Program-made: the position numbers and the translations under genes | In this document: positions 37,592 to 51,223 of the stretch, piece by piece | Layout: each line of letters starts with the position of its first letter | Numbering within the stretch: the first letter of the stretch is position 1 | The notes under the pieces: model-generated | The model's database searches: none | The model's input: the letters and a program-made list of their open reading frames with translations, nothing else | What the model was told of the DNA's origin: nothing | Origin: the human T2T-CHM13v2.0 reference genome, Homo sapiens | Reading direction: 5' to 3' (one strand) | Length of the DNA: 64,000 nt | Assembly: GCF_009914755.1 (NCBI RefSeq) | Contig: NC_060947.1

Positions 37592-40416
37592 TCATTTCAG
37601 TGTAGTTTCATAACTTTTTTTTAATTAAAGGAAGGCAAGGGGTTATCGGATTCAAACTGGAGTGTTTCGTAACTTTTAACTTCGTATCTCTATCACCATT
37701 TACTTTCAGAATCTTTTGATTTTGGTCAAACTGGGTACAATTCTGGGTTCTCCCAGAATTTCTGTCATGTAATCTTACCGGTGATCTAACATGATATATT
37801 CGAGCTTATTGTTACATGGATTAGGATAGGCTGTGGTTCACACCTTCCTTGAAGTAAGTGTATATGGGTACAACGTGGGTAGCCTTTAAGCCAGGTACTG
37901 GCCCGGTTTACTAGCCCGTAAAAAACATCACCTTTGTAATGATGAAGATGCCCTTTGTGCAGTCAGAATCAGCAATGACCTACCTGGTGTTAATTGAGGG
38001 ATTGAGGGTCTTCCTGAAGAACCCCTGTCCTCATAGATCAAACCTGTCAGCTTGCTACAGAACCTGGAGTTGCTGTCATTGGCATCGCCCTACTGGGCCA
38101 AGGCTCTATCATTGTCTTCCGAAGGTTTCTGCTGAAAACACACATTTGTAAGCTGTGAGGGAAGACGTTAAGCACATTAGCTAGCTGTTACCTCAGTGAG
38201 ATCGTGGCTCTGATCTCTGAGATCCCTCTCTACTGGTACCTTCTCTCAGTCATCAAACACTCATCTCCGTTTCACTAAATTGTGAACTCTTAGATTGAGG
38301 GCAGAGTTCATCCGTAATTCCAGTGCCCGTCACATACTAGGTAGTTTATATATATATTTCTTGCATGGATGAATAAATGCTTGATGGCTATGTGATTCTT
38401 GAGGATAGAGGGTGGGGTATAGATGGTAGGGACAGGCTTCTCATATGTGGCATAGCCAGGAAAAGGCAAGGCTAGGTGGAAGGGCATAGGAGGCTTCTGG
38501 GGTACTATAGAGCAGCAAGATGGTACAGGTCTGCGGTGGGAGCATTGTACAATTAAAAATGGGAACTAATTGAATGAAGCTTCAAAGTTCAAAGCTTTCG
38601 AGAAGCTGTGGATAAGGGAGTACGCTATGGAAACAGATAGAATAGGTTATACTCCCAGTGTAGCTACTTCCTATTGAAACGTGGCTTTTTTTCAAGTGGG
38701 CTGGGGACCAACTTGGAATGGGATGTTTGAGTAGAAGAATGACATGATCTAACTTATTTTAATAGGATCACTTTGGTTACAGTGTTGGGAGGAGAATGAG
38801 ATGGGAGGGCTAGGACAGCACTGGGGCATTAATAAAGAGGTTATTACAGTAATCCAAGCTACGCATGAGTGTGGCTTGGACCAGGCTAAATGCATTGGAG
38901 GTGGTGATAAGTGGTCAGATTTAGCATATATAGTGAAGGTAGAACTGTCAGGATTTAATGATGGATAATACTAGATCTCTTTCCTCTACGCCTAACAAAA
39001 GAAAACAAAACACTTTGTGATGGCTATAAATTAGAAAATAGAAGTTGATGCTAGTGATTTAAACAGAGCTTATTTCCCAGTAAAGCAGAGCTTCCTTGAT
39101 GTTGAGGCAACCTTGGGTTCAGTAAGCTTTCAAGTCCATGTTTTCCAGCCGCCTTCTATAAGGAGCTTCAGCAGAGTGGTATTTACATTACCTCTTTTCC
39201 TGTCGATGGAATCTGTAGCAAACAGAGCAGCATGTATAATTTTATCACACTTGAGAGCATTTCTGACCATGGATCTGTCACTCCTTACATAGGGAATAGA
39301 GTTTTTTTCAGGATGTACTTCTTTCAGGGAAAGCCTTTACCCAGTGAGGTAAATATGCTATGAAAACAACCTGATCAGATAAGGGTTCAAGGACCTCTCT
39401 CTATTCACCCATGTAAACATACTCAGCTTCATTTATTTTAAGTGCAGTTTTCTGGCCCCGATAAGAGAGGACAGCCTTGATTAACATAGCAATTGATATT
39501 CTATTCCCTGGATAAGATATTCATTGTTGAACTTCTTCTATTGGTTTTATAAGATGATTTTATAGGATTGTGTAACAGTTGCACTGAGAGGATATTTAGG
39601 AGTAGGGAAGCCTCTGAGCAAAGTATCCTTACGCTACTCCGCTACTCCGATGAGAAACTTCTTAATTCATTAGCACCTCTAAGAATAGCGCCTCACCCAC
39701 TGCCCACTCTGACTTAACTAGGCATACAGGCAGGAAGGGGAGTGTTGGCAAGAGGACTTGAATCCCTCAGAAGATGTATAGTCTCATGATTGAATCTAAC
39801 TGTGATTGAAAAACATAATCGACCTTCAACCCTGGGTCAGTGGTAGCATCTGAGAGCAATCTCTGGGACATCCGTGTCTGGGGAGGTCACCAGGCACAGT
39901 GGACAGATGCAAATGGCTTTGGGCAATTTGGTTAAAATCTCTCCTTTGCAGGGATGATATTTGATTCATTGGCCATTTCTTTGAGGCAAGTGACAAAGAA
40001 GTCATGATTTCTGTCAGCGTGCCTACCCACAGGGTAGTAGCCAGAGGCTGAAGCTGGCAGGCAAGAGGGTGCCTGTCAGTGAAATAGTTATATCTCAGTT
40101 TGAAAACTCAAGGGGAATTCCATTTTGATGGGCTCCTCTTTACACAGAAGTAAAATTTCCAGAAGTGGAAAAGTGTTGAAGATTTAAGTGATATTTCTGG
40201 ATCTTTATGTCTTTTGTTGTGCTTCAGTGTATTCTGAAAATTATAACCAAAGGTTTTCTCTTCCATCATTATTCAAGTAGATTAGAATTCACAGTACATT
40301 CATAGGGCATATTACTAATTTCTGGAAAATCTGTTTTTACAGTGTAAATTTTATATATTTTACTGAGTGAATGTCTAATATATTCAGAGCCAGTTTATGA
40401 AGCAAATAAGAAAATC

Positions 40417-41240
40417 AGCCAGGCATGGTGGCTCACACCTGTAATCTCAGCACTTTGGGAGGCTGAGGCAGGAGAGTCACTTAAGGCCAGGAGTTCAAAA
40501 CTAGCTTGGGCAACCCCTTCTCTACCAAAACAAACAAACAAACAAACAAACAAAAAACTAGCCAGGCTTGGTGGCATGCACCTGTAGTCCCAGTGATGCA
40601 GAACAGGCAAGTGCCAAAACTGGGGCTTAGCCCAGAGTTCTTGGCTTTTGCTCCTGAAAGAATTCAAGTGTGAGCCAGTGGTATTAGACAACAGTCTTTT
40701 ATTGTTGTTCCGTGTTCTTTGTGGGCAGTGCACCCGGAGTCAGCAACTGTATTTGTACTCACTTATACCCACTTTCAATTACATGCAAATTAAGGGGCAG
40801 GTTAATGCAAATTGAGGGAGCGGGTTATTTATAACTTTCTAGGAAAGAGGTAGCAACTTTTGCTTTGTTGCCATGGAAAAGGCTGTAACTTCTGGTTTGT
40901 TGCCATGGCATTTGTAAACTGTCATGAGGCTGGTGGGAGTGTCTTATGTTAATGAACAATGAGGGCCGCTAGGGATCGTGTTTGTCGCCATCTGCTGGTT
41001 TCTTCTGGTTTTTCCACTTTATCCTGTCTGGATCACAACCTGTTTCGGTCAGCAAGGTTGTGACCAGAAAACAAGTTTGTCCAGCCTCCTACCTCACCAG
41101 CCACTAGGGAGGCTGAGTGGGGAGGATCACTTGAGCCCAGGAGTTCAAGGCTATGACCGCTTCACTGCACTCCAGCTTGGGTGACAAAGTGAGACTTTGT
41201 CTCAAAAAAAAAAAAAAAAGAAAAAAGAAAAGAAAGAAAA
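40417..41240 (+). mobile_element. Alu (AluJ-type) split by an LTR
   Basis: Alu runs to CCTGTAGTCCCAG (40593) and resumes CCAGCCACTAGGGAGGCTGAG (41097). Confidence 0.9.
40594..41096 (-). mobile_element. ERV1 (MER4-group, MER51/MER41-like) solo LTR
   Basis: TG...CA termini; 4-bp TSD CCAG (40590-40593, 41097-41100); minus-strand AATAAA; GGGGCTTAGCCC...GAAAGAATTCAAG motif. Confidence 0.85.
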
Positions 41241-41339
41241 TCAGTCTTGTGCCTTTATGCTTTCTTGATATATAGAGAATAAAACAATATGGTCCAGAAA
41301 CAGGCAGTGAGAAACACAAGGCCTCTGGATGATAAAAAT

Positions 41340-42100
41340 ACTTTCATTCATTCTATGTTTAAGTATTTGTTGAGCATTTATTAAGTGCTAAAGATGTAAA
41401 TATAAATGTGAGCAAAACATAAAAAATCCTGCCTTCTTTTTATGTTCCAATGTGTGTGTTGGGGTGGGGATGTGAAACAGACTATTAATAATAAATGAGG
41501 CAACCTAGAAGATGATTTTCATAAACAGAAAAATGCTATGGAGAAAGATGGGATTTCGTGACAGAGTGACTTGTTTGCTTGTGTGATGAAGACAGGCCAG
41601 AATCAACAAGGTAGTCAAGGAAGGCCTTTCTAAGAATAAGATATTTGAGTTGAGATTTAAACAAGAAAAAGGAGTGGAGGGTCAGGAGAAAGAACTTCAG
41701 ACAGTGGGATTAGCAAATTCAGAGGCCCTAAAGTCAGAACCACCTTGGCTTGTTTGGGCAAGAGTAGTGATAGCTTGGTCAGTTAGGCTGTTTTTGCAGT
41801 GGTCTAGGCCTGTGACAATGATGGCTTGGACTAGAGTAGGAGAAATGGAAATGGAAAGAAGTGAATAAATGTATGATATATTTTGGATGTGGAGTTGACA
41901 AGACTTGCAGGTGGATTGGATATGGAAGGTAAGGGAGAAAGACTTAAAGAATAACTTCTAGGCTTTTGGATTTAGCAGCTGTGTGGGCAGTGGTGTGCCA
42001 TTAGCTGAGATGAGGACTCGAAGAGAAATATGTTGGGGTGTGAGTGGAAATCAAAACCTGCTTTATACATGTTACGTTTGAGATGCTGATTAGACACACA
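41340..42100 (-). mobile_element. L2 fragment
   Basis: TTCATTCATT...TATTTGTTGAGCATTTA 3' end; GACAAGACTTGCAGGTGGATTGGATATGG. Confidence 0.7.
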
Positions 42101-42219
42101 GAAGTGTTGCCAAAAAGTCCTCAGGTCCTCTGTCACAGCAACTTTTCTTATTTTATGCACAGATTAAATGAACTTGGCTTTCTTTTTTTTTTTTTAAACC
42201 CACAAGATTAAAAGCTTGG

Positions 42220-42925
42220 CATCTCTTTCTCTCTTGCACATCAGATTCCATATATCAAATTGACTACTGAAAATATCCACCCAAACCTAACTTGTTCAAA
42301 GCTAAAGCTGTTATCTTGTTCTTCACACTTGTTCCTTCTGTATTTTTTTATCCTGCTCAGTGATTCCTTTGTTTGCCCTATGACCCAAGCTTATTTCTAG
42401 ACTCTATCCCTCCCTCACCCCAACATTCAATGCATTACTAAGTTGTGTTGAAAAATGTCTCCCAAATGTCTCTCTAATCTGTCTCCTACTCTCCATCTGA
42501 GCTGCTACTACCATTCAAGACCATGTTACCTCTTGCCTGGATTACCATATCAGCATATGCTGCTGTACCATTTTAGTAAATCACCTTTAACCTCCTACAT
42601 TTTGAGTAACTTCTGATTTTTCTTCAAAACTCAGTTTAGCGATAATTTCCTGCAGGAAGACTTCACTGACATCCCAAGTCATCCCCCATCCTATCTAGAT
42701 TAGGTAACCCCTCTTAGATGTCCCTATAGTGCCCTGCGTTTACTTTTATCGTAGCACATATCACACAGTATTATAATTGCCTCTTTACTTATCTGACTAT
42801 TTAACTATACTGTGAGCTCCCAGGTGTCAGAGACTGTTTCTCTTATTGTCATATCTCCCATGTCCAACATGGTGCCTGACACATGATTGGCACTCAGTAA
42901 ATGTTTTTCAACGAATGAATGCTTG
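42220..42925 (+). mobile_element. L2 fragment
   Basis: Ends GGTGCCTGACACATGATTGGCACTCAGTAAATGTTT...GAATGAATG (L2 3' terminus). Confidence 0.75.
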
Positions 42926-44227
42926 AAGCAAATTAAAAGGAAAGGCTGCTTGAAGGCAAACTGACAACAGTAAGAGATGGTAGTTTATATTTCTGTAAGT
43001 GAGGAAGTAAACAGCAAAATAAGCCATAGAATCTCAAAAAGTACCATAGTCTAGGGGCACTTAGCATAAGAACAATTAATATTATAATCTTGTTTTGTAT
43101 TACAAATTTATAGGATAATGCAATCATTTCCATTCATTGTAAAGACAGTGGTGCATCCAGAAAAGACTAAATTGTATTTAGTAGCCTTTGGTTAAGAATG
43201 TTTGGGGGTATGCACTACATAATAAGACTTAGGAGTTAAGACTGACCCAGGATCTACATCAAACCAGGTTGGGGATAAATGATTATATAATACATCGACA
43301 GTTTAACACAACCAGTTCTAGAACTTACATGTTTCCCTGCATATTGATTTATAGTTTTGGATATATGTAGAAAATATTAGAACTGAAGCCCAAGCCATCA
43401 TTCTATCTTTTTAGAAAGGTAGTATTGAGTCCACTTTCTGAAAGCATCCAAAAAGTCTCTCATATACTAGACAATTAAAGACATTTTCTCTAAATAGAAA
43501 TATTGGCTTTGCTGAAGCCAAGGTGTGAATGTGGAAACACCTGGTCACCAGCCTATAACCCCAGAAATGCCTGGAGTGTTTGCACAAGTGCCTCATAGCA
43601 GGAGTGGTTTTAATATGATGTGAGGACTGCATAACATGAGGAGGTTGGCGATCTCTCTCCACCATGCCATGTGGGCCAACTGGGGCCGTATTTTTGAGTA
43701 CTAGGTAGAAATGAGAGCCCTGTGGGAGTGAGGGAATAGTCCTGCTGAGTCCTCAGCAGTACTCAGACACCTGTAAGATGCTCACCTGGAATGGGCTTTC
43801 AGGATGAAGTTACATTAAGGCTTCAGCATAGAATTATGTGGCTTATGAATATATTTGTTTCAGCCAAGTGTTTCACCTCTGATGGTTACTAATGGATATG
43901 CTAATTCTAATCAGAACAGGACTTTTAAAGGAACTATCAGAATGCATTTCATGTTTTGCACTGGAGAAATGACAATATTTCTTTCAACTGAGATAGAAAC
44001 CAAAATATTTCAGTCGCTCCTGTGACACTAATGAATCACAGACATGGTGTGCTTGCCAAAGACACAGAAGCAAAATATATTCTTTGTTCTGCCTGAAACA
44101 TGTCAGGATAGTAGTAGATTTTTGTTCTGGTTTCAACTTTCAATGAGTGAATGAGTAAGAAGTGTTTCAGAAGTTTTTTGGTAAGATGTCTTCTGCTCCC
44201 TCCTGAAATTCTGAAAACATTTTCTCA

Positions 44228-44734
<507 letters not shown>

Positions 44735-45015
44735 CTAAAATCTATCTGTATATAAATTGAATCAACTGTTTGTTGAGCACGTATTTTGCTTTTGCACCAA
44801 CCTATATTAATAATAGAATTTAACCTCAGGGAGGTTACATTTCTTGACCCAGGTCACACAACTAGAGATTGGTGATTTTATTTGACGCCACAACTCATAT
44901 GCATATGCATAGAGTACCCTTAAGTAACTAGTCCAAGACAAAGAACATAGGTAGTGGTAGAGATAAAGAATTGAACTCAGGCAATCATAGTTGAGGAACT
45001 GAACATTTAACACTA

Positions 45016-45899
45016 CCTTAGAATGTCTTAGAAGTGCCTAACTAACGTTACTGAGTAACTGGCACAAAGTTTGTGTCTATAGATAGACATAACTCATGTG
45101 ATGTAACTCCTGTCATTGATTGGTACAGTGTGGGAGTGAAAGGGCAAGGCAGTCAGTGTGTCCGTCAGTCCTGGGTGTGCCTGGAACAGGTCTGGTTTAT
45201 GTCTGTTGTCATGGTGTAATTCTTACTGGTGTACCCTTTTACTCTTAAGAATGTCCGGGTTTTAACGATAAATGTTGTGGTCACCCTAACCACAAGAGAA
45301 GAGAAAACACTTGGTCAGTTAGTTCTGAGGTGGCTGAAGCCATACCCATTTTATGGTGAAGGAGAATCTGAAAAGGCTGTATAAAGAAGTGGCATTTGAA
45401 AAGAGCACTGAAAGATGAATATAATTTCTACAGGTGGAAATAGTCAAGGGGCCAGAGGAAGAAGGAGCAGGGCATAGGAGGAGCAGGGATATCACCTTCA
45501 AAGGTCAACAGGGAGTGGGGTCAACTTAAGCAAAATCACAAAGCCTGCAGGTAGGCACATAGCATATTCAAAGAGCAAGTAATGCAGCTCATTTGGGGGC
45601 ATTTGCAAATAGCCTAAAATGAAACTGGCAAGTTAGGTTGTGGCCAACTTGTGGCAGATCGTGAGTACTAAGATAAGGAATCAGACCTTGATTCTTCAGG
45701 CAGTAGGTCGACACTAAAGGTTTTTAAGCAGGAGAATGGAGTACTTTTCGCATGGTTATAATGTAGAGAAGTAACTGCCTTGCCCTTTCACTCCCACCCT
45801 GTACCAATCAATGATGGGAGTTACATTACATTACATTACAAAGTAGAAACTTTGGGCTAGTTGCCTACTAATGTTAGGCACTTCTGAGGCATTTTAAGG
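45016..45899. repeat. Inverted repeat, arms 45016-45153 and 45774-45899
   Basis: Inner cores 45101-45153 and 45774-45826 are 50/53 reverse-complementary; outer parts align with indels. Confidence 0.9.
45155..45288. mobile_element. MER94-like hAT-Blackjack MITE
   Basis: GGTTTATGTCTGTTGTCATGGTGTAATT...CGATAAATGTTGTGGTCACCCTA terminus. Confidence 0.7.
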
Positions 45900-46055
45900 C
45901 AAATAATACCTTATTTTAAGGTAAACAAGGCATGGCTTACTTTATCCATATTCTGGTTATTTCCAAACTTAAAAAGGATTTTGTCAACTCCTTGGTATCT
46001 TTATTATCTGAAATTTATAACACAGTATTTTGAATGTACATAGAAGCCCTCTTAT

Positions 46056-46359
<304 letters not shown>

Positions 46360-46581
46360 TAGAAGCCCTCTTATCTAAATTGATTCTTTTCACTGAGTTA
46401 ATTGAAAAAGTCAGATTAAGGAAAATATTAATCAAACATGGTACTTTAAGCGTGATATTTTTCTCAATATATATAAATATTTACTTATTAACTGATCTTT
46501 TGATTTAGGACTGACCAAGCCCTTTTCTTTGAAGATGAGCCCATTGACTGGTGTTTTATGATTTCTCTCTCTTTCTTTCTT

Positions 46582-46607
46582 TGTGTGTGTGTGTGTGTGT
46601 GTGTGTG
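46582..46607. repeat. (TG)n microsatellite
   Basis: Direct reading. Confidence 0.92.
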
Positions 46608-46711
46608 CAGAAACTACACCTATAGGGTATCAGCTGATTTTCAGGGCAGTGTCTTTAAAGTAGAGTGAGCTCCTAAAGATAATTGCAAAATCATAAGTAA
46701 TAATTCTGTCC

Positions 46712-47029
46712 TTATTATTACTATTTTTTTTGAGACTGGGTCTCACTCTGTTGCCCAGGCTGGAGTGCAGTGACGTGATCTTCACTCACTGCAGCTTTGA
46801 CCACCTGGGCTTAAGCAGTCCTTTCACCTCAGTCTCCTTTGTAGCTGGGACTATAGGTGCATGCCACCACACCTGGCTAATTATTTTATTGTATTCTATT
46901 GTTATTTTTTGTAGAGACAGGGTTTCACCATGTTGCCCAGGCTGGTCTCAAAAGCCTGGGCTCAAGCCATCTGCCTGCTTCAGTCTCCCAATGTGCTGGG
47001 GTTACAGGCATGAACCACCTCACCCAGCC
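46712..47029 (-). mobile_element. Alu (AluJ-type)
   Basis: Both arms, diverged. Confidence 0.92.
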
Positions 47030-47899
47030 CCTCCTTAATTCTTTATAGTTGTTTCACACACAACTAATTGAACAGTAATTTTTAAGTGACTCTCCTTTAA
47101 CTAGTCTTTCCAAATCTTTTCATGTAATTTTTTCATAGAAGCAACTCTCTTTTCTCACGAACACTTTAAAAATTTGCGTAAAGTTTTATTAAACTACACA
47201 ATCAAATGGCAAGTAGAATTGGCAGAAGCAGGTTTTGGAAACAAACGTGACTGACTTTTGGTAAGCCCAGAGCACTATGCTTGGGAGCTGATGCAAATGG
47301 AAAAACTGGCGATTAACCTACCAAAAACAAAGGCTCAGTGCACTTCACACATTAGTCAGTAGGTTTTACAATTTGTTAAGTGGAGAATTGGTTAAGAGAA
47401 TATTTACTATAGAAGGTTCTAGTAAATATTTGTTGAGTTTAATTTAATTCAATTGGATCTTTAGGAAGAAATGTTTCCACCATCCATTTGTATTGGTCAT
47501 TTATCTAGTATGTCCATGAAAGGGGAAATGCAGATAGGACGACCAGTTTTATGAAAATTAAAATTTCAACTCTTTCCCCCCCACCACCCCCACTCCCCCA
47601 GCCATGGCGCTCTTTATCCTTCCTCTGTACTCATGTTTTCTCCACAGTACTTGGCCAGCAGCTGACATATTTAAGGTATTAATTATTTGTTTATTGTATG
47701 TGTCTATACACTAGAATCAAAAGTCAATAAAGAGAAAGAATTTGGGGCTTTTTTACTCTTATATTTCCCTAAAGCCTAGAAACAGTGGTTAGCATAGAGT
47801 AGGTGCTCAGTAACTATTCATAGAATGCGTAAATGTATGAATGACTGGCTTCATAGACTGTCAAAGCTGCAAGCAACCTTTGAAATTATCTAGTTCAAT

Positions 47900-48128
47900 A
47901 TAGCATTGTGTAGAGGTTTAGTATGGAACATAAAGATGGATCTGGGTTCAAATCCATCACTTACTTGCTGTGTGATTTTGGGCAAATTACTCGACATTTC
48001 CGTGCCTCAGTTTCCTCATCTTTGAAATGGGGATAATAATAGTGGGCTGTATTTTAGGGTAAATTGTGAGGATTCAATCAGATAATGTATTCAAAACACT
48101 TATTGTAGTGCCTAACACATGGTAGCTT
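47900..48128 (+). mobile_element. MIR SINE
   Basis: CTGGGTTCAAATCC...GTGCCTCAGTTTCCTCATCTTTGAAATGGGGATAATAATAG. Confidence 0.85.
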
Positions 48129-48590
48129 TGCATCAGTGAAGGTTTAGAAATAGAAATCACTTCATTGGTTGACAATAGAGAGAATTTAATTCAGGGAACT
48201 GGTAATAAAGGAGCTGAGAAACCAAACAGGGGATGGCGAGGTAACCCATAGATTTGCAACAGCAGAGCTAGGGCTCTGAAGGACAGTGGCAGGGGATGGT
48301 GTTATCAGAACCCGGAGGCCTGGTCATGTGAGGTAAGCTAGAACCTTAGTGAGAATGTCTGTCAGGAACTGAACCCACATGGAAGATTTAACTGGTATAG
48401 GAGATGCCACCCTCAGAGGAGAGGGAGGGAGAGAAATACTTGCTCCTGCTTTCAGTCACCCTCCAATACCTCTCATTGGCTGAACCTAGCTAGAAAGCAA
48501 CAAACAAGGGAACCTGGGAAAGGCAGCTTGGAGAGGTCAAGTCCTTCCTCCTTCTATACAGAGCGGAGCTGAAGAAGGGTGAGAAAGAGT
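48129..48590 (-). mobile_element. Old MaLR/ERVL LTR (MLT1K-N like)
   Basis: GAGAATTTAATTCAGGGAACTGGT and CCTCTCATTGGCTGAACCTAGCTAGAA motifs. Confidence 0.55.
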
Positions 48591-49799
48591 GTGCTGTTTA
48601 ACCAACAACTATTATTGCTATTATTGGCCTAACTAACACAATGCTGAGCTAACCAGCTAGAGGCAGCCTGTTACATAAGGGGAAATGTGTTAAACGATGA
48701 ATCAGAGCCAGATTTTGTCATGTTCAACCCCATTTACATTAGTCATGGTGTGATTGACTCACAAGGGATTGGCTGGATGTTTTAACCCTTTGAGGTCCCA
48801 CACTTTGTGCTTCTGGGCTGGGATATCATGAGTTAGCTATGGACATAAGCTTTTCCTCACTCCTAAACTGAGACTACTTCTCAATTACACAGCTAAATGT
48901 TACAGTTCCATAAGTTCCAACCAAAATTAATGTAGACTGAAATGTTTAATTTTTTTTGATGTTCTGCTTAAACAGCCTAATTATGGACTAAATTTAAATT
49001 AAAAACTCAGCATGATTCGGATGGCTTATGTCTCTGTGTGATGGCTTTTATATTAAATGGTTTACACGAATGCTGTTGTTTATCTTGGAAACAGGTTGTC
49101 ACGCATATTAATGAGACCCAGGTGTTAACTTCATGCTGTTTTCTTTCCAACCAAGAAAATCTTTACATTAAGTTAAAGTGTTTTTACAAGTATTTGTTGT
49201 AATAATTATAAGACAATGCTTTATGCATCATAATGTTTACTAAGTTCATTTCCTAATTCCAGTTTATTTCTTAATTCCTCTCCTATCTCATTGCACTTTT
49301 GCTTTTGGATGCTGAGGGCTTCCAGCCAGACATCTTAGTAGATCGTGGTAGCCTGAAGGTCCTAAAGAGCTAAAGAAGGATAAACTTTCCTCCAGCAGCT
49401 CTTTAAATGGCAAGACTTCATGTCTGCCCAAGGACATTTAATACTCACCTCTTGTGGCTTTCTCCTTTCCTACCAGGCAGGAAGAGTGGCAGAGATTATA
49501 GATTAAAAGGCCCATATCTCTTATAATTTTAAAATTTTCCTTGGGGTACTTAAAAAAACTCTCTTGATCATTTCTGTGACTTCTTTGTAGCTCTTAAGCT
49601 TTTCTTGAGGTGCAGAAGCCTGGGCTGGTTAAAATTCTTTAAGAGGAACTGACCAATGTTACATATAGTGAGACAATACTTTGTGGATCTTATTCATTTT
49701 AGAGAAGGTTCATGGAGCAGCAGTAATCTACCTAATTTTATGAGATTGATGTGGGGCTTGTGTTCAAAGAGGACACCTGTCTGAGGGGTGGGGGCATAC

Positions 49800-50390
49800 T
49801 CCTCAATTTTTTGAACAGTTCTTGAGTCTCTACTGTAAGCTCAGCACTGTTGCTATGTGCTGGGAATACAAAGTATGTAAGACATCATCTCAGCCCTTTG
49901 AGAATCTATAGTCTCACAAGGAAATACTGGTACATATAGCTTTTTAGAAGTATAGTATGGACTTGGAGGTGTGCATAGGGTCATTCCAGAGCTCGTTAGA
50001 AGCACCCAAATCAGTCTTGGGATCTGGGATAGGGGTTCTAGAAGAAATGATACATGTATGAAGTCTTGAAGTAGGGGTGATTTGGGTGAAGAGGTGAGGG
50101 AAGTGTGTTCCTCGAAAAGAGGATAACATGAGCAAAGGCATGGGAATGTGAGGAAACACAGTATATTCATCAGTTCAGTGTTACTACGGATTGATGAGTG
50201 AGGTGAGGTGTGAAGGGAAAGTGATGGGAGGTGGGCTTGGGTTGTGCAAGGCCTGCTGGCCAGGTTGTGGACTGTGGCCTTTCACATGGAATTTGTTCTT
50301 GGGGTAGGGATGGAGTTAGATGGGATGAGGAGAGATGGGAGGTTTTAAGGGAGAGTATGTATTTTCTGTGAGGTTTGAAAGGAAGAGATG
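49800..50390 (-). mobile_element. L2 fragment
   Basis: CACTGTTGCTATGTGCTGGGAATACAAAG...TCAGCCCTTTGAGAATCTATAGTCT. Confidence 0.65.
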
Positions 50391-50863
50391 GGATGAACAA
50401 CACTTTATCTTGAAATGGCACTTTTTTCTTTAAAGATTTTCCAGAGCTGACATGTACGCCCTGAGGCTTCTGTCTCCGTGTATGGGCGTGTGAAATTTTT
50501 TTTAATCACAAAAAAAAAGAGCCAAAATCCAAAGGACTCAATTTTTAAAATAACATTTATTGTGTTTTTCTGATTCAAAGTAGCACATGTTCATTTTTAA
50601 AATGTGGAAAGTACAGAAAAGTACAACGAAGAAAATTAAAATTACCAATAATCTTGATACTCAGAGATAATATGGTTAACATTTTGGAGGTTTTTTTTTT
50701 CCTAATCTTTTCTACATACATCCATACACATACATCTGTACACACCCCCACATATGTATGCATTTTACAAAATTAGGATTATATTAAATACTGTGTTTTC
50801 TAACTGGCTTTTTTATAACATAATTACATTATGTGGTGACCACTTTTACAGGTTATTTGTTAG

Positions 50864-51223
<360 letters not shown>

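Noticed and set aside
37635-37660. GTTTGAATCC on the minus strand as a tRNA T-loop or B-box
   Set aside because: No T-stem or acceptor-stem pairing can be built; not called a tRNA
37710-37852. Plus-strand exon candidate (TTTCAG/.../GTAAGT)
   Set aside because: Stops in all three frames and no other support
41340-42925. Divergent L2 fragments as a possible inversion
   Set aside because: The two pieces appear to cover overlapping parts of the L2 3' region, which fits independent insertions
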